64,000 nucleotides of DNA from Oceanispirochaeta sp. (GCA_963666275.2 CAXXOA010000001.1:640001-704000), one strand, 5' to 3'. Shown: positions 12,301 to 22,395, counted from the first letter of the stretch. Notes: generated by a model not told the origin, from the letters alone. Program-made: numbers and translations.

Positions 12301-12483
12301 CCCATGGCACTGGGACTGGGAGATACAGGTGTCGAGATGCGGCAGCCCATGGGGCTTGTCAGTACAGGCGGTTTGATTGCCGCGACATTCCTCTCTCTCT
12401 TTCTGATTCCGTCTCTGGAATATGTATTAACGAAAAAGAACAATACTGCCGGTGAAGCCGCATTGATGAAAAAGGATGCATAA
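9394..12483 (+). CDS. RND efflux permease (AcrB-like)
   Basis: MFLSDFSIKKPV start with GGAGG RBS; about 1030 aa; VVLENI, PILM..GMLPMALG. Confidence 0.93.
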   Translation: MFLSDFSIKKPVIIIMGIITLFLFGLLAYFKIPLSLMPDTKVPYISIQTIYGGATPDQIEKQITSKIEEEVSTLSGIETIQSYSMDSVSLITLEFSLDKDADTASQEVKEKVDAIIDDLPDDANTPVVSKMDLTATAVMTLVLQGELEPSELYKIADTELKDKLSRIPGVGDVDVEGGQEEEIRIVFRNNTVYEYNLNLLQLGRLLDEENNALPGGNFENEEQEYSVNFKGAFRDLNEIANQEIPTEYGYFPLNQLASIEKGPADIKKRITYYSGIEGSEDKNSVLLSIVKSSDGNSVDIAEKVTGELAAINSTLPAGASLSIVSDDSVLVKNTVKDTQSSILLGILFTSLVLLFFLHDLRSTIIAALSMPLSIIPTFIILNALNISMNEMSLMGISTSVGVLVMNSVVVLENIFRHKSMGNSPSRAASLGAKEVATTVFASTLTNICVFLPLGTMGGIAGMYMKDFALTVVVSTVFSLLISFTLTPMMASRLLPAEIRKKSGFAFKVESFFHGLEKGYEKILSSILFSKKRSLLLITATFIAFVIALAGFSKVPIEFTPVSDSGKVLVEVELPQDASLSQTSDKIKEIESIVKTFDEVDRFVTTLGGLSSLDTGTHLAKLQIELKNSREVTTQEITEDIDLALKNVTNARIRVKVSGDKEIDSSAVSFYLQAEDMETLEEYVPRYLEKLDALEETRSVESSIKSGKPEINIYPHRDKLRDMGISAQALSSYIRASIDGIVMTELESGGDEYDVRIMLDRSDISSYEGIENIPVKTSSGIYPLSFFADIEIENGISKLMRTNKLPTVELVGSLKAGVAQSEVTTQITAIHNEMNGGEVTLKWSSVSDLMNESTTSMGIAFLMAILLTYMLLTAVLGKFGQPLLILSTVPFSLIGVVSIFLITGLAMNIISMLAIIMLVGMVVNNAILILEYTNQLKAGGMSTREALLKACPTKLQPILMANIATILGMLPMALGLGDTGVEMRQPMGLVSTGGLIAATFLSLFLIPSLEYVLTKKNNTAGEAALMKKDA

Positions 12484-13834
12484 AATGATGAAAAATAAGA
12501 AAACTGCTTTGTTACTATTACAGCTGTTTACAGCTGTGTTGTTTCAGAATCTATCTGCCGGGGATTTAAGCCTCAACGAATATATGAGCCTGGTGGAGTC
12601 GAATAACAGGGGCCTGCAGAAATCAGCCCTCAATAATACTCTGGCTGAGATTCAGAAGAACCTGGCCAGGGCGGCTTTCCTGCCGAAAGTCTCGGGGAGC
12701 GTGGGGTATACAAGAAACGTTATAGAACTGTCTCAGTCCCATGCTATCGGTGCCGAGCCCGCAGTGAATCCCGACACAGGGCTCTATGATCTCTACTATA
12801 CGGATGTTCCTTCCAATTTCGACAATGAAATGTCCTTTCAGCTGAGTCTTCAGCAGACCCTTTTTGATGTGAATGCCCAGAGTGCTTTAAAAGCCGGGAA
12901 AGTAAACAAGGCTATGACTGATACCTCGACGGCAAAAGTCAGGACAGCTATTCTGACAGGAGCGAAAAAGCTCTATTATCAGGTCGTGCTATTACAAGAG
13001 GTGTATGAAATACGGAAAGCCACAGAGTCTAATGCACTGGAAAATTTCCGGAATGTTCAGGAGAAATATGAAAACCAGCTGGTTGCGGAGATTGATGTTA
13101 AGATGGCCCAGGTTAACTGGCAGATCTCTGTTCCCGATACATCCGTTGCCTTGAGGGATCTGCAGTTGGGAATGTCAAATCTAAAGCAGCTGGCCGGTAT
13201 TGATGCGTCCGAGGAGCTGAAACTGACTGATTCCCTGGGAGCCGTACCCTCTCTGCCGGAAGAGATGACTCAGGAACAGACATTGGAAAGAAGTCTCGAT
13301 TACAGGATCCAGACTCAGGCTCTCGCTTTGAAAGAGATCAATGTGGATTCTCAGAAATCCTCTTTTTATCCTACTGTAAATCTGACTGCAGGCTATGCTC
13401 ATAACTTTCTGACTGATGATGTTCTGGACAATAACAATGTGGATGTCTTTAAAGTCGGTCTGAATGTAAATATACCCTTATTCTACGGTGGGAGCCGGAT
13501 TCAGAAAGTCAGGCAGGCCGAAATCGAAAGGGAAATAGCTTCTATTGATCTTTTATTGAAACAGGATGAAATTCTGAATGAGTCGAATAATATTTACTTG
13601 AAACTCAGGGAAGCGGATAAAAGGATGGACATTGCCCAGTCAGCATGGGAAACTACTCGTAAAGCTTATGAAGTTGTAAAGATTTCAGTGGAGAACGGAC
13701 TTTCCACTCAGCTTGATATGAAAGAGGCGCGTTTGAATATGGATAATGCCAGGCTGGGATATTATTCTGCTGTATACGATTATTTATCTTTTACATTCGA
13801 CTGGCAGCAGACTATGGGAATAACTTATAATTAG
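12476..13834 (+). CDS. TolC family outer membrane channel
   Basis: Signal peptide; AAFLPKVS and SSFYPTVNL repeats; NIPLFYGG. Confidence 0.88.
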   Translation: MHKMMKNKKTALLLLQLFTAVLFQNLSAGDLSLNEYMSLVESNNRGLQKSALNNTLAEIQKNLARAAFLPKVSGSVGYTRNVIELSQSHAIGAEPAVNPDTGLYDLYYTDVPSNFDNEMSFQLSLQQTLFDVNAQSALKAGKVNKAMTDTSTAKVRTAILTGAKKLYYQVVLLQEVYEIRKATESNALENFRNVQEKYENQLVAEIDVKMAQVNWQISVPDTSVALRDLQLGMSNLKQLAGIDASEELKLTDSLGAVPSLPEEMTQEQTLERSLDYRIQTQALALKEINVDSQKSSFYPTVNLTAGYAHNFLTDDVLDNNNVDVFKVGLNVNIPLFYGGSRIQKVRQAEIEREIASIDLLLKQDEILNESNNIYLKLREADKRMDIAQSAWETTRKAYEVVKISVENGLSTQLDMKEARLNMDNARLGYYSAVYDYLSFTFDWQQTMGITYN

Positions 13835-13846
13835 GCAGGCTAGCAT

Positions 13847-14533
13847 ATGGCAACCATTTTAATAGCAGAAGACGATGATAATATTAGACTCCTGATGGAG
13901 AAACAGCTTGAAAAGCAGCATCTCACAATCAGTACCGCAAACGGTGTCGAAGCATGGAATGAATTTTCCGATAAGGATGTTGATCTACTGGTCGTCGATA
14001 TCATGATGCCCGGAATGGACGGTTTCTCCCTTATTGAAAAAATTCGGGAGGCAGGGTCTTCGATTCCCATTCTAATCATTACGGCAAACCAGACTTTTGA
14101 CAGTAAAAAGAAAGGATTCTCTCTGGGGACGGACGACTATCTGACAAAACCTTTTGAGCTTGAAGAGTTGACCTGGAGAGTACAGGCCTTGCTGAAAAGA
14201 ACCAAGATTGTCGATGATCAGCAGGTGAAAGAGGGCGGTTTCATCCTGGATACCCTGAGCCAGACCCTATCAAAAGAAGAGCGCACAGTGGCTCTTCCCA
14301 AAAAAGAGTTTGATCTGCTTCATAAACTGCTTTCCTATCCCGGCAGAATCTATACCAAAGATCAGCTGCTTGATTCTATCTGGGGATATTCGACCGAAAG
14401 CAGTGATGACACCATTAAAACTCATATGAGCAGATTAAGGGGGAAATTATCTGATTTTCCGGAACTCACCCTTAAAGCTGTGAAGGGAATCGGGTACAAA
14501 CTGATCATTCAGAAAGAGCAAGATGAAACATAA
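13847..14533 (+). CDS. OmpR family response regulator (HssR-like)
   Basis: AEDD, DIMMPGMDG, GTDDYLTKPF, LPKKEFDLLHKLLSYP winged helix. Confidence 0.92.
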   Translation: MATILIAEDDDNIRLLMEKQLEKQHLTISTANGVEAWNEFSDKDVDLLVVDIMMPGMDGFSLIEKIREAGSSIPILIITANQTFDSKKKGFSLGTDDYLTKPFELEELTWRVQALLKRTKIVDDQQVKEGGFILDTLSQTLSKEERTVALPKKEFDLLHKLLSYPGRIYTKDQLLDSIWGYSTESSDDTIKTHMSRLRGKLSDFPELTLKAVKGIGYKLIIQKEQDET

Positions 14534-15569
14534 AATCAACTTACTGAAAGATCTGAAAATCAGCCTGGTTATTCTCTCGTTTATTATCACCAATACTTCT
14601 GTTATGGTGTTTGCCTTTCTTGATTACTGGATATCCGCACATTTCGGCCGGTCTGTGAATTATAATCCCTCCGACGCTTTAGGAATGATTATCCCCATGG
14701 GGGCTGTTATGGGAATAATCTCCTGGATTCTGATAAATATCAGTTATAAATATGTTTCAACCCTGTTAAAGGGGATTAACAGAGTTTCCAGGGGAGAGTT
14801 CTCTACCAGGCTGGATGTGGGGAAAGGGGGGCCCTTAAAAGAGATCTACCGGAATTTCAATAAAATGGCGGATGAGCTTGAAAACACCCAGACCCTGAGA
14901 GAAGATTTTATTAATCACTTTTCCCATGAGTTTAAAACACCTATCATGTCTATCAACGGCTTTGCAACCTTGCTTATGGATCAGGAAATCAGCGATGAAG
15001 AGAGAAGGAAATATCTGGGGATAATCTCCAAAGAATCCAGAAGATTAACCGAATTATCGAACAACTCTCTTCTGCTTTCCCGGCTTGAATCAACACAGAT
15101 ACAGGCCAACCTGGAAGCCTATCAACTGGATGAACAGATTCGGGAATGCGTTATTCTTCTTTCTCCTCTCTGGAACGGCAAGAATCTAGATGTCTCTGCA
15201 GACCTGTCCCCGGTGATACTGGAAGCTGATAAGGGATTGATGAAACATGTCTGGATTAATCTTCTTTCCAATGCTGTGAAATTCACTCCCTCCGAGGGAA
15301 CTATCAGTATTGAACTGTCTGTCAAAGGCGATGTCTGTATCATCTCCATTAAAGATTCCGGTATCGGTATGGAAGAGGATGATCTGGAAAAGATTTTCCG
15401 GAAATTCCAGAAAGGGAAAAATATGTATATGTCCAACGGTCTGGGGCTAGGACTGTCTATTGTCAGGAAAATTGTTGATCTTTCACAAGGAACCATTCAT
15501 GTGGATAGTTCTCCCGGGAAAGGGAGCTGTTTTTCTGTTACTCTGCCAATAAAAAAAATCAAAAAATAA
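14523..15569 (+). CDS. HAMP sensor histidine kinase (HssS-like)
   Basis: FSHEFKTPI; WINLLSNAVKFT; DSGIGM; GLGLGLSIV. Confidence 0.92.
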   Translation: MKHKINLLKDLKISLVILSFIITNTSVMVFAFLDYWISAHFGRSVNYNPSDALGMIIPMGAVMGIISWILINISYKYVSTLLKGINRVSRGEFSTRLDVGKGGPLKEIYRNFNKMADELENTQTLREDFINHFSHEFKTPIMSINGFATLLMDQEISDEERRKYLGIISKESRRLTELSNNSLLLSRLESTQIQANLEAYQLDEQIRECVILLSPLWNGKNLDVSADLSPVILEADKGLMKHVWINLLSNAVKFTPSEGTISIELSVKGDVCIISIKDSGIGMEEDDLEKIFRKFQKGKNMYMSNGLGLGLSIVRKIVDLSQGTIHVDSSPGKGSCFSVTLPIKKIKK

Positions 15570-15570
15570 T

Positions 15571-15589
15571 AAGTTTACATATATGTAAC
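15571..15589 (+). promoter_or_regulatory. Second AAGTTTAC-N5-TGTWAC box
   Basis: AAGTTTACATATATGTAAC upstream of the 15654 operon. Confidence 0.45.
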
Positions 15590-15653
15590 CTGACGCTTTT
15601 AAATTACCAGTAGAAAGAAAATCTATTTTAGAAAGGAAATTTGGTAGTTTAAA

Positions 15654-16841
15654 ATGAAGAATTTAGTTTTTATAGCATTAGTTTTGATCCCTGTTTTTTA
15701 CGGTGGTGAATCCCTGCATGCTCTGGTCCTGAAGGATATTGAGATCGGGGGAGACATTAAAAAAACAAAAGATGAGACTGTTCTGAATATCATACAGTAT
15801 GAAATCGGCAATGAAATCGGGTCTTCGGATCTGCCTCTGATTGAACAGCGTCTGATTAAATCGGGAATCTTTATTAATGAAGAAACCCGTATCGATTTAA
15901 TTGAAGAGGAAGACCAGGCTGTTCTGGTGCTGACATTGGCCGATAAATTCAGTTTCGTACCCATCCCTATTGTCAAAGGGGGGGAAGAAACAAAAGCCGG
16001 GCTGTTCCTGATGGATAATAACCTCTTCGGTACGGCTGACACACTCTTTCTGGGCGGTATTTTCGGAAAAGATGATATCCTTTTTATGTCCAATTATACA
16101 AACACCCTTGTCAATGGAAGCAACATGGACCTGGGGGCCGGTTTCTTCTATATAAAAGAAGAGAGTGAAATTTCCGATGCCAGCGGGGATCGTCTTGCCG
16201 AGAGGGATCAGGAGTCCATAAGCGCTCAGGTTTTCAGTACCTGGCATCTGGGACAGTGGAATCTGACTCCGACGTTTTCTTTGGGATCCGTTGAATATGA
16301 CAGTTATGACCACCTGACTACTTATAGCTCTAAATTTGCCTTCAATTACAATAATTTATTCTGGGGATCCTTCTTTCCTGAAGGTTTGAACTGGGACGGT
16401 GAATATTCAGCCACTCTGTATTCAGACGAATTCGGTCTGAAACAGGAATCGAAAGCAAAACTGAGCTGGGATAAGAATCTCACTGATCGGTTGCACATGA
16501 CCCTTGGCGGTAGAGGAATGTGGTTTGATGGGGATGAGATTCTCAGTTCTCAAGTGGTGTCGTCAATTCTCCCCGCAAGTGTCTACGCAGATGTGAATAT
16601 GGAAGCCAGCGCCACTCTTAATATAGCACTTATGGATTTTTCCTGGGGATTTATCTCTCTTCCTCTGGCATTCCATGTCGGATACTTTGATGGTATAAGC
16701 GGAAGTAATGAGCTCTATTACGGCCCTTCGGCAGAGCTGAATCTGAATCTGAAAAAGATTGCCATGCCGGCGATCTCTTTAAAATACGGTTGGAATATGG
16801 AAACGACCACTCCTGTTATTCAGGCAAATGTGGGGTTTTAA
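15654..16841 (+). CDS. Outer membrane protein with POTRA-like domain and beta-barrel (Omp85/TamA-like)
   Basis: Signal peptide; IEIGG..KTKDETVL...EQRLIKSGIF; DNNLFG; ends in Phe. Confidence 0.65.
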   Translation: MKNLVFIALVLIPVFYGGESLHALVLKDIEIGGDIKKTKDETVLNIIQYEIGNEIGSSDLPLIEQRLIKSGIFINEETRIDLIEEEDQAVLVLTLADKFSFVPIPIVKGGEETKAGLFLMDNNLFGTADTLFLGGIFGKDDILFMSNYTNTLVNGSNMDLGAGFFYIKEESEISDASGDRLAERDQESISAQVFSTWHLGQWNLTPTFSLGSVEYDSYDHLTTYSSKFAFNYNNLFWGSFFPEGLNWDGEYSATLYSDEFGLKQESKAKLSWDKNLTDRLHMTLGGRGMWFDGDEILSSQVVSSILPASVYADVNMEASATLNIALMDFSWGFISLPLAFHVGYFDGISGSNELYYGPSAELNLNLKKIAMPAISLKYGWNMETTTPVIQANVGF

Positions 16842-16872
16842 TCACCGGAATTAATGCGCGAAGGAGATTAAT

Positions 16873-17733
16873 ATGAAAGTACAGGATAAAATCGTTGTCG
16901 TTACTGGAGCAGGAGGTGGTCTGGGTCAGCAGCTGGTGCTTCAGCTCGTCAGAGAAGGGAATCATGTGGCAGCTGTTGATATCAACAGGGATGCTCTGGA
17001 CGCAACAAAACTCAAAGCTGCTGAGTTTTCCCGGACGCTCAGTATTCACAGGGCAGACATCACAGATAAAGAACAAATTTTATCCCTTGCCAAAGAGATC
17101 GGAGAACGATTCGGAAAGATCGATATTCTGATCAATAATGCAGGAATTATACAGCCCTTCAAAACGTTCTATGATCTGGAGGACGATGCTATACAGAGGA
17201 TTTTCAATATCAATGTGTACGGGATGATCAATATGACAAAAGCATTCCTTCCCTTACTCGCAGCTGCTGATGAATCCAGTCTCTGCAATATATCCAGCAT
17301 GGGAGGTTTTCTTCCCGTGCCCGGTCAGTCCATATACGGTGCATCGAAGGCCTCTGTGAAAATTATCACGGAAGCTCTCGTCCAGGAGTTATCCAGGACA
17401 AATATTCACGTCTCAGTTGTTTTCCCAGGGGGAATCGATACGGATATAAAAAAGAATTCCGGGCTGAAAGAGGAGAGTTCAGGAAAAGAGAAAGCCTCTG
17501 CCGGTTTAAAATTAACCACTCCCGAAAAGGCTGCTGAGATCATCCTGCAGGGAATCAGACTGAATAAACAGAAAATACTGATCGGGAAAGATGCATTAAT
17601 CATGGATATCATCTATAGATTGTTTCCGTTTTCCGCTGCCAGACTTATCAGCAGAAAGATGTCAAAAAATCATGGCAGAATATTTAATGAGCCTGAGAGT
17701 TTGAAAAATAGTGTAATGAGTGAACACAGGTAG
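16873..17733 (+). CDS. Short-chain dehydrogenase/reductase
   Basis: TGAGGGLG, NNAG, SSMGG, YGASK. Confidence 0.92.
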   Translation: MKVQDKIVVVTGAGGGLGQQLVLQLVREGNHVAAVDINRDALDATKLKAAEFSRTLSIHRADITDKEQILSLAKEIGERFGKIDILINNAGIIQPFKTFYDLEDDAIQRIFNINVYGMINMTKAFLPLLAAADESSLCNISSMGGFLPVPGQSIYGASKASVKIITEALVQELSRTNIHVSVVFPGGIDTDIKKNSGLKEESSGKEKASAGLKLTTPEKAAEIILQGIRLNKQKILIGKDALIMDIIYRLFPFSAARLISRKMSKNHGRIFNEPESLKNSVMSEHR

Positions 17734-17785
17734 GGAGACTCCTATTTTAAAAAAGAATATAATTGTATAGAGGAGTTCTTTCATC

Positions 17786-20050
17786 ATGCATAGTCCGAAA
17801 TTATTTAAACAGTTCACAGGATTCGTGGCCGGTTTATTTTTACTCTCTGGATTTTTTACTTTCCCGGTTGCCGCAGAGGACGCTTCAATTGAAAAGAAAA
17901 CACCGAAAATAGCTCTTGTTCTGCAGGGGGGAGGGGCTTTGGGAATAGCTCACATAGCTGTGATTGAAGAACTGGATCGTCTGGGGATCCCTGTGGATCT
18001 GGTTGTAGGAACCAGTATGGGGGCTATTGTCGGTGGACTCTACAGCAGCGGATATAGCGCTGACGATTTGGAGTTGCTTGTAAATACAACTGACTGGATG
18101 GAGCTTTTCATCCCTCAGACCCCCTATTACAATAAGCCAATACGGGACCGTTATGATGAATCCCGGTACCTTTCTTATGATTTTTCCCGGGAAAAAGTCC
18201 CTGTAGCGAGAGGGTTCCTTTCCGACAGGAATATACTCTCCTATTTTGATCAGCTCACCCTGGATTACGGAAATAATATCCCCTTCAGTTCTCTGCCGAG
18301 GGAGTTTCGAGCAGTTGCGACGGATATTACCAACGGTGAGAGGGTAGTTATCAGTGAGGGATCCCTTTCGGAGGCTATGAGGGCCAGTATGGGAATCCCC
18401 GGTTTGTTCGCTCCCTATTATATTCAGGATCGTTTGCTTGTGGACGGCGGACTGGTGGATAATCTCCCCATTGATGTGGCCAGAGAAGCCGGGGCCGATT
18501 ACATAATTGCCATTCAGCTGACCGGTGGCATGCCCTTTTCCCCTGAAGAGCTGAAATCCTCTCCTCTGGGCTCCTTGTCGAAAACAATTGATATTATGAT
18601 TTATCAGAATGTTAAATCCAATTATTCGATGGCTGATTTTATCCTGAATATTGATCTTACCGGATATCAGGCTGTTGATTTCATGAAGAGCGAAGAAATT
18701 CTTGCCATCGGGAAAAGAACGGTAGAAGCGAACACCGAAAACTTAGCAGAACTGAAAGATCAGCTTCTCAGGATGGGAGCACATAGCAAGGTTAGCGATA
18801 TTACGCCGCAGAAAATTGATCATGTCCAGATCAACGGGGCATCAAGGCAGGACCTGCGGAAAATAAGGGAAGAGTTCTCCTCTTTCGAGGGAGCATTTGC
18901 CGACCGGGAAACAGTGAAATCCGTAATGGACGATTTATCCCGGAATGATATCTACAAAGAGATCAGGCTGGGACGCGTTGTCAATGAGTCGGGACGATCG
19001 GATCTGGTTCTGGATCTGGAAAGGAACAGGGAGATCAACAGTGTTAATATCGGGTTTTCTTCCGCTTCAACCTATTCCGATCGCATCAACAGTCTGGATG
19101 TTATATCCGGTGCTTTGATCTTAAGGGGGGTTTTTATTCCCGAATCCAAGTGGACCCTGGGATTTCAGATAAACGATACACCCGGATTGAGCCTCTCCTA
19201 CCTACAGCCTTTCGGCCCCATTTATACAAATCTGTCCTATCAGATATCTACAGATAGAGTCCTTACTTCTTCCGAGGATACGGGAGGAGGACCCTTTCAG
19301 GTAAGAAGCAGTAAATTTCAGATGGAAACAGGTATTAATCCTATGAACATTATCGATTTTTCCATCGGTTTGGACTATGACTATTCCGTTCTGGGAGATA
19401 AATATGCCCAGATAAACGACCTGGATCAGGATGAACATCTGCAGATCCTGTTCAGTGAATTTGAATTTCTCACACTGGACCATTTTCTTTTCCCTGAAAA
19501 AGGAATCCATGTTAATAATAGTTTTTTCTATAATCTCCACGGATTCAGCGGGGATGAATCCTTTCAGGTCCTGGAGACCTTCGGGACAGTCGCTATGCCT
19601 GTCACTTCGCTCATTTCCCTGGAAGCCGAGTGGATAGGTGGAACGGATTTTTCCGGAGGGGGAATGAGTAGTCAAAGTGCCCCGATATTGTATAAACCTA
19701 ATCTTGGTAATAGACGAATCTTTCCCGGTACACTGAATGAAAAAGAAGAGTTCGGGAGTTTTGTTTCCGGGGGCAGCTTGCTTTTCAAGTACAGGGTCGA
19801 TTCTCAGCATAGTAGTTCGTTGTTTCCGATGTACCTTATCTTTCAGGGGGCTGCCGGTTATGTCTCTCCCGATGCCGGTCAAATACGAAAAATCGAAGAT
19901 TCTCTCTCCTGGCACTTCAATACAGGAGTCGGATTTCGATTCTCCGATTCTTTCGGGTTGATGGTGAGAACCGGGACTTATCATGGCTTTGATAGCGGAA
20001 ATGCCGGGTTTATTGCGATTGATATCGGGTCTTTCGGGGTTCGTGACTGA
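17786..20050 (+). CDS. Patatin-like phospholipase with POTRA and beta-barrel (PlpD-like)
   Basis: Signal peptide; GGGALG, GTSMG, DGG; beta-rich C-terminus. Confidence 0.85.
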   Translation: MHSPKLFKQFTGFVAGLFLLSGFFTFPVAAEDASIEKKTPKIALVLQGGGALGIAHIAVIEELDRLGIPVDLVVGTSMGAIVGGLYSSGYSADDLELLVNTTDWMELFIPQTPYYNKPIRDRYDESRYLSYDFSREKVPVARGFLSDRNILSYFDQLTLDYGNNIPFSSLPREFRAVATDITNGERVVISEGSLSEAMRASMGIPGLFAPYYIQDRLLVDGGLVDNLPIDVAREAGADYIIAIQLTGGMPFSPEELKSSPLGSLSKTIDIMIYQNVKSNYSMADFILNIDLTGYQAVDFMKSEEILAIGKRTVEANTENLAELKDQLLRMGAHSKVSDITPQKIDHVQINGASRQDLRKIREEFSSFEGAFADRETVKSVMDDLSRNDIYKEIRLGRVVNESGRSDLVLDLERNREINSVNIGFSSASTYSDRINSLDVISGALILRGVFIPESKWTLGFQINDTPGLSLSYLQPFGPIYTNLSYQISTDRVLTSSEDTGGGPFQVRSSKFQMETGINPMNIIDFSIGLDYDYSVLGDKYAQINDLDQDEHLQILFSEFEFLTLDHFLFPEKGIHVNNSFFYNLHGFSGDESFQVLETFGTVAMPVTSLISLEAEWIGGTDFSGGGMSSQSAPILYKPNLGNRRIFPGTLNEKEEFGSFVSGGSLLFKYRVDSQHSSSLFPMYLIFQGAAGYVSPDAGQIRKIEDSLSWHFNTGVGFRFSDSFGLMVRTGTYHGFDSGNAGFIAIDIGSFGVRD

Positions 20051-20146
20051 TCATGTTGTATTCCATTTTTTCTGACTTGTCCTCCTATTTCTGGTACCTG
20101 TCATTTTCCTAGGCCCTACGAAAATCTGTAGTTACCGTGCATAAAA

Positions 20147-20333
20147 CTCAATTGGTTTACATCCCTGTCTCAAGCAAGACAGATAATTGAATGCTGGAGG
20201 CAGGAATATAATACAATCCGCCCCCATAGTTCATTAAATGATTTGTCGCCAGAGAATTCCGGCGTAAGTTTGAAGAGTCAGAAAACAAGGAAGAACCCCT
20301 AAATGCTACTGGATGAATATGGGGGTAAGGTCA
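20147..20333 (+). mobile_element. Remnant of an IS3 family (IS407-like) element: OrfB C-terminus plus IRR
   Basis: Translates LNWFTSLSQARQIIECWRQEYNTIRPHSSLNDLSP; ends GGGGGTAAGGTCA. Confidence 0.75.
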
Positions 20334-20391
20334 CTGACTAAGAGAGCATTTTGAAGTAATCTATCTGCAGAATCAGGGGATTGCCAATATC

Positions 20392-20937
20392 ATGATAGAA
20401 GAGATTATTAAGAAAAGAAAAAGCATCAGACAATTTAATGACGAAGAACTGGATATTTCACAGATTTTAGATACTATAAATATAGCCAAATTTGCTCCTT
20501 CAGGTAAGAATCGCCAACCATGGAAAGTCAAATTGCTTGAAGGAAATGATAAAGAAACTCTTTTGGAGATCTTGAAAGCAAATCCCGATGAGAAGACAGC
20601 AGCAGGATCTTTTTCTATCTCAATCAATGCGATTGAGCAGAGCAGTATCACTTTATTGATCTTTAATCCTTTTTCTTACAAAGAGGAAAATTATTCCCAG
20701 AATAGATTACTCATGGATACTCAATCTATAGGAGCATTTATCCAAAATATACTATTACTCTGTACTGAGAGAGATATTTCAACATTATGGATAAACGATG
20801 TTTATTATGAAAAATCCGCTATTGAGAGTTTTTATGTTAAAGGTGAAATGGAATTAATTGCAGCAATTGCAATGGGGTATAGTAATCAAGAAAGAAGGTT
20901 CAATATCCGCCATGAAATTGGTGACATCATTCTTTAG
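20392..20937 (+). CDS. Nitroreductase family protein
   Basis: KRKSIRQF, APSGKNRQPW, QSIGAFIQNILL. Confidence 0.9.
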   Translation: MIEEIIKKRKSIRQFNDEELDISQILDTINIAKFAPSGKNRQPWKVKLLEGNDKETLLEILKANPDEKTAAGSFSISINAIEQSSITLLIFNPFSYKEENYSQNRLLMDTQSIGAFIQNILLLCTERDISTLWINDVYYEKSAIESFYVKGEMELIAAIAMGYSNQERRFNIRHEIGDIIL

Positions 20938-20959
20938 TATGATAATTTCATAGATTCTG

Positions 20960-21033
20960 AATACAGAAATCCTGCTCAATTCCAACCAATCCCATCATCG
21001 TAATGGAATATGGAAAGATTACTATATTACTGG
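20960..21033 (+). repeat. Copy R3 of dispersed repeat
   Basis: CCTGCTCAATTCCAACCAATCCCATCATCG...GAATATGGAAAGATTACTATATTACTGG. Confidence 0.88.
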
Positions 21034-22379
21034 CGAAGCGAGGTATATTGAAGCAATGGGTTTCCAGAATCGGGAGGGGAGGACCTTTGTTTATTCGAAA
21101 CTCCTAAAAGAACTGTTGATATGATAAGCGTTAGAACTTCTGCGATTCCGACAGTATTCCATATAATTTTATTGCCAAAGATGAATGGTAATAAAGTAAT
21201 CGAGAGAGGAGTCAAAATCAAGCATCTACTGCTGGCAATAATGACTGCAAATCTGGTCTGTTTCGTTGAGTAAAAGTACGTTGTTATCAACAGATTTACA
21301 GCCATGACAATAAACGCCCAGCTAAAGGCTGGAAGAGCGTTGATTGTAGTCTTAATTAATATAGGATTTGAATTAAACAACATGGTAATTCTGTCCCTGA
21401 AGATTGTATATAACAAATAAACAGTGATGGCGCTTAAAGTATTGATGATAATTCCTGAATAAAAATAGTACATCAGATCCTTTTTGCTCTTGCGTCCAAA
21501 ACTTTGGCCTAACAAAGGCTGCATCCCTTCTGATACACCTATGAAAATCCCCAATGAAAAGGATGTTAAGTATGAGATAATCGAGAATGCTGATACTGAG
21601 ATATCTCCTATTCTCTTGATTAGGATGTAATTCATGCAAAGTGTCATGGTGGGCATCCCCAATTGGGATATCATTTCAGGAAAACCGCGCAAGACAATCT
21701 TTCTTATCAGTACAGTAGATATTGAAAAAGGACTGATCTGTAGTCTTCCTCTCCGGAGTATGAAATGACTTATTAAAATCAGGAAACTTATAACCTGTCC
21801 TAACCCGGATGCAATGGCAGCTCCCTTTATTCCCATTCTTAGAGGGAAAACAAAAAGCCAATCCAGAAATATATTCATTACAGCACCCGAAATGACAGCA
21901 ACACTCACAAGAATAGGGGCATTATCATTTCTTATGAAACCCTGTAATATAATGCTGCATAAAAGAGGGAGTGAGAAGGCGCTGAAATAGAATAGATATT
22001 CGTCCGTCATTTTCGCGAATGTCTCATTTGCACCGGTTAATACAGCAATTTTCTCGGAGAAAAGCATCCCTAGAACCATCAATGAAATTCCAGCTAAAAA
22101 AGCCATGGTACTTGAATGCATAAACGCGTCGTTAGCGCCGTCTATATCTTCTCGGCCAAAACGAATTGCTGTAATAGTCGTCCCTCCTATGGTCAGTAAG
22201 ATAGCAAGTGCATTTGCCATAAGAGTGAACGGCATCGCTAAATTGACAGCACCCAGAGCGTCCACCCCAATCCCCCGACCAACAAAGATTCCATCCACTA
22301 TTACATATAAAAATGTAGTTGCTGATCCTGCGACTGTTGGGAGAATATATTTATATAGATTTTTGGTTTGTTCTTTCAT
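21027..22379 (-). CDS. MATE family efflux transporter (MepA-like)
   Basis: YVIVDGIFVGRGIG, NIFLDWLFVF, EGMQPLLG; stop codon lies inside R3. Confidence 0.9.
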   Translation of the reverse strand: MKEQTKNLYKYILPTVAGSATTFLYVIVDGIFVGRGIGVDALGAVNLAMPFTLMANALAILLTIGGTTITAIRFGREDIDGANDAFMHSSTMAFLAGISLMVLGMLFSEKIAVLTGANETFAKMTDEYLFYFSAFSLPLLCSIILQGFIRNDNAPILVSVAVISGAVMNIFLDWLFVFPLRMGIKGAAIASGLGQVISFLILISHFILRRGRLQISPFSISTVLIRKIVLRGFPEMISQLGMPTMTLCMNYILIKRIGDISVSAFSIISYLTSFSLGIFIGVSEGMQPLLGQSFGRKSKKDLMYYFYSGIIINTLSAITVYLLYTIFRDRITMLFNSNPILIKTTINALPAFSWAFIVMAVNLLITTYFYSTKQTRFAVIIASSRCLILTPLSITLLPFIFGNKIIWNTVGIAEVLTLIISTVLLGVSNKQRSSPPDSGNPLLQYTSLRQ

Positions 22380-22395
22380 GCAATTCCTTCGTTTG

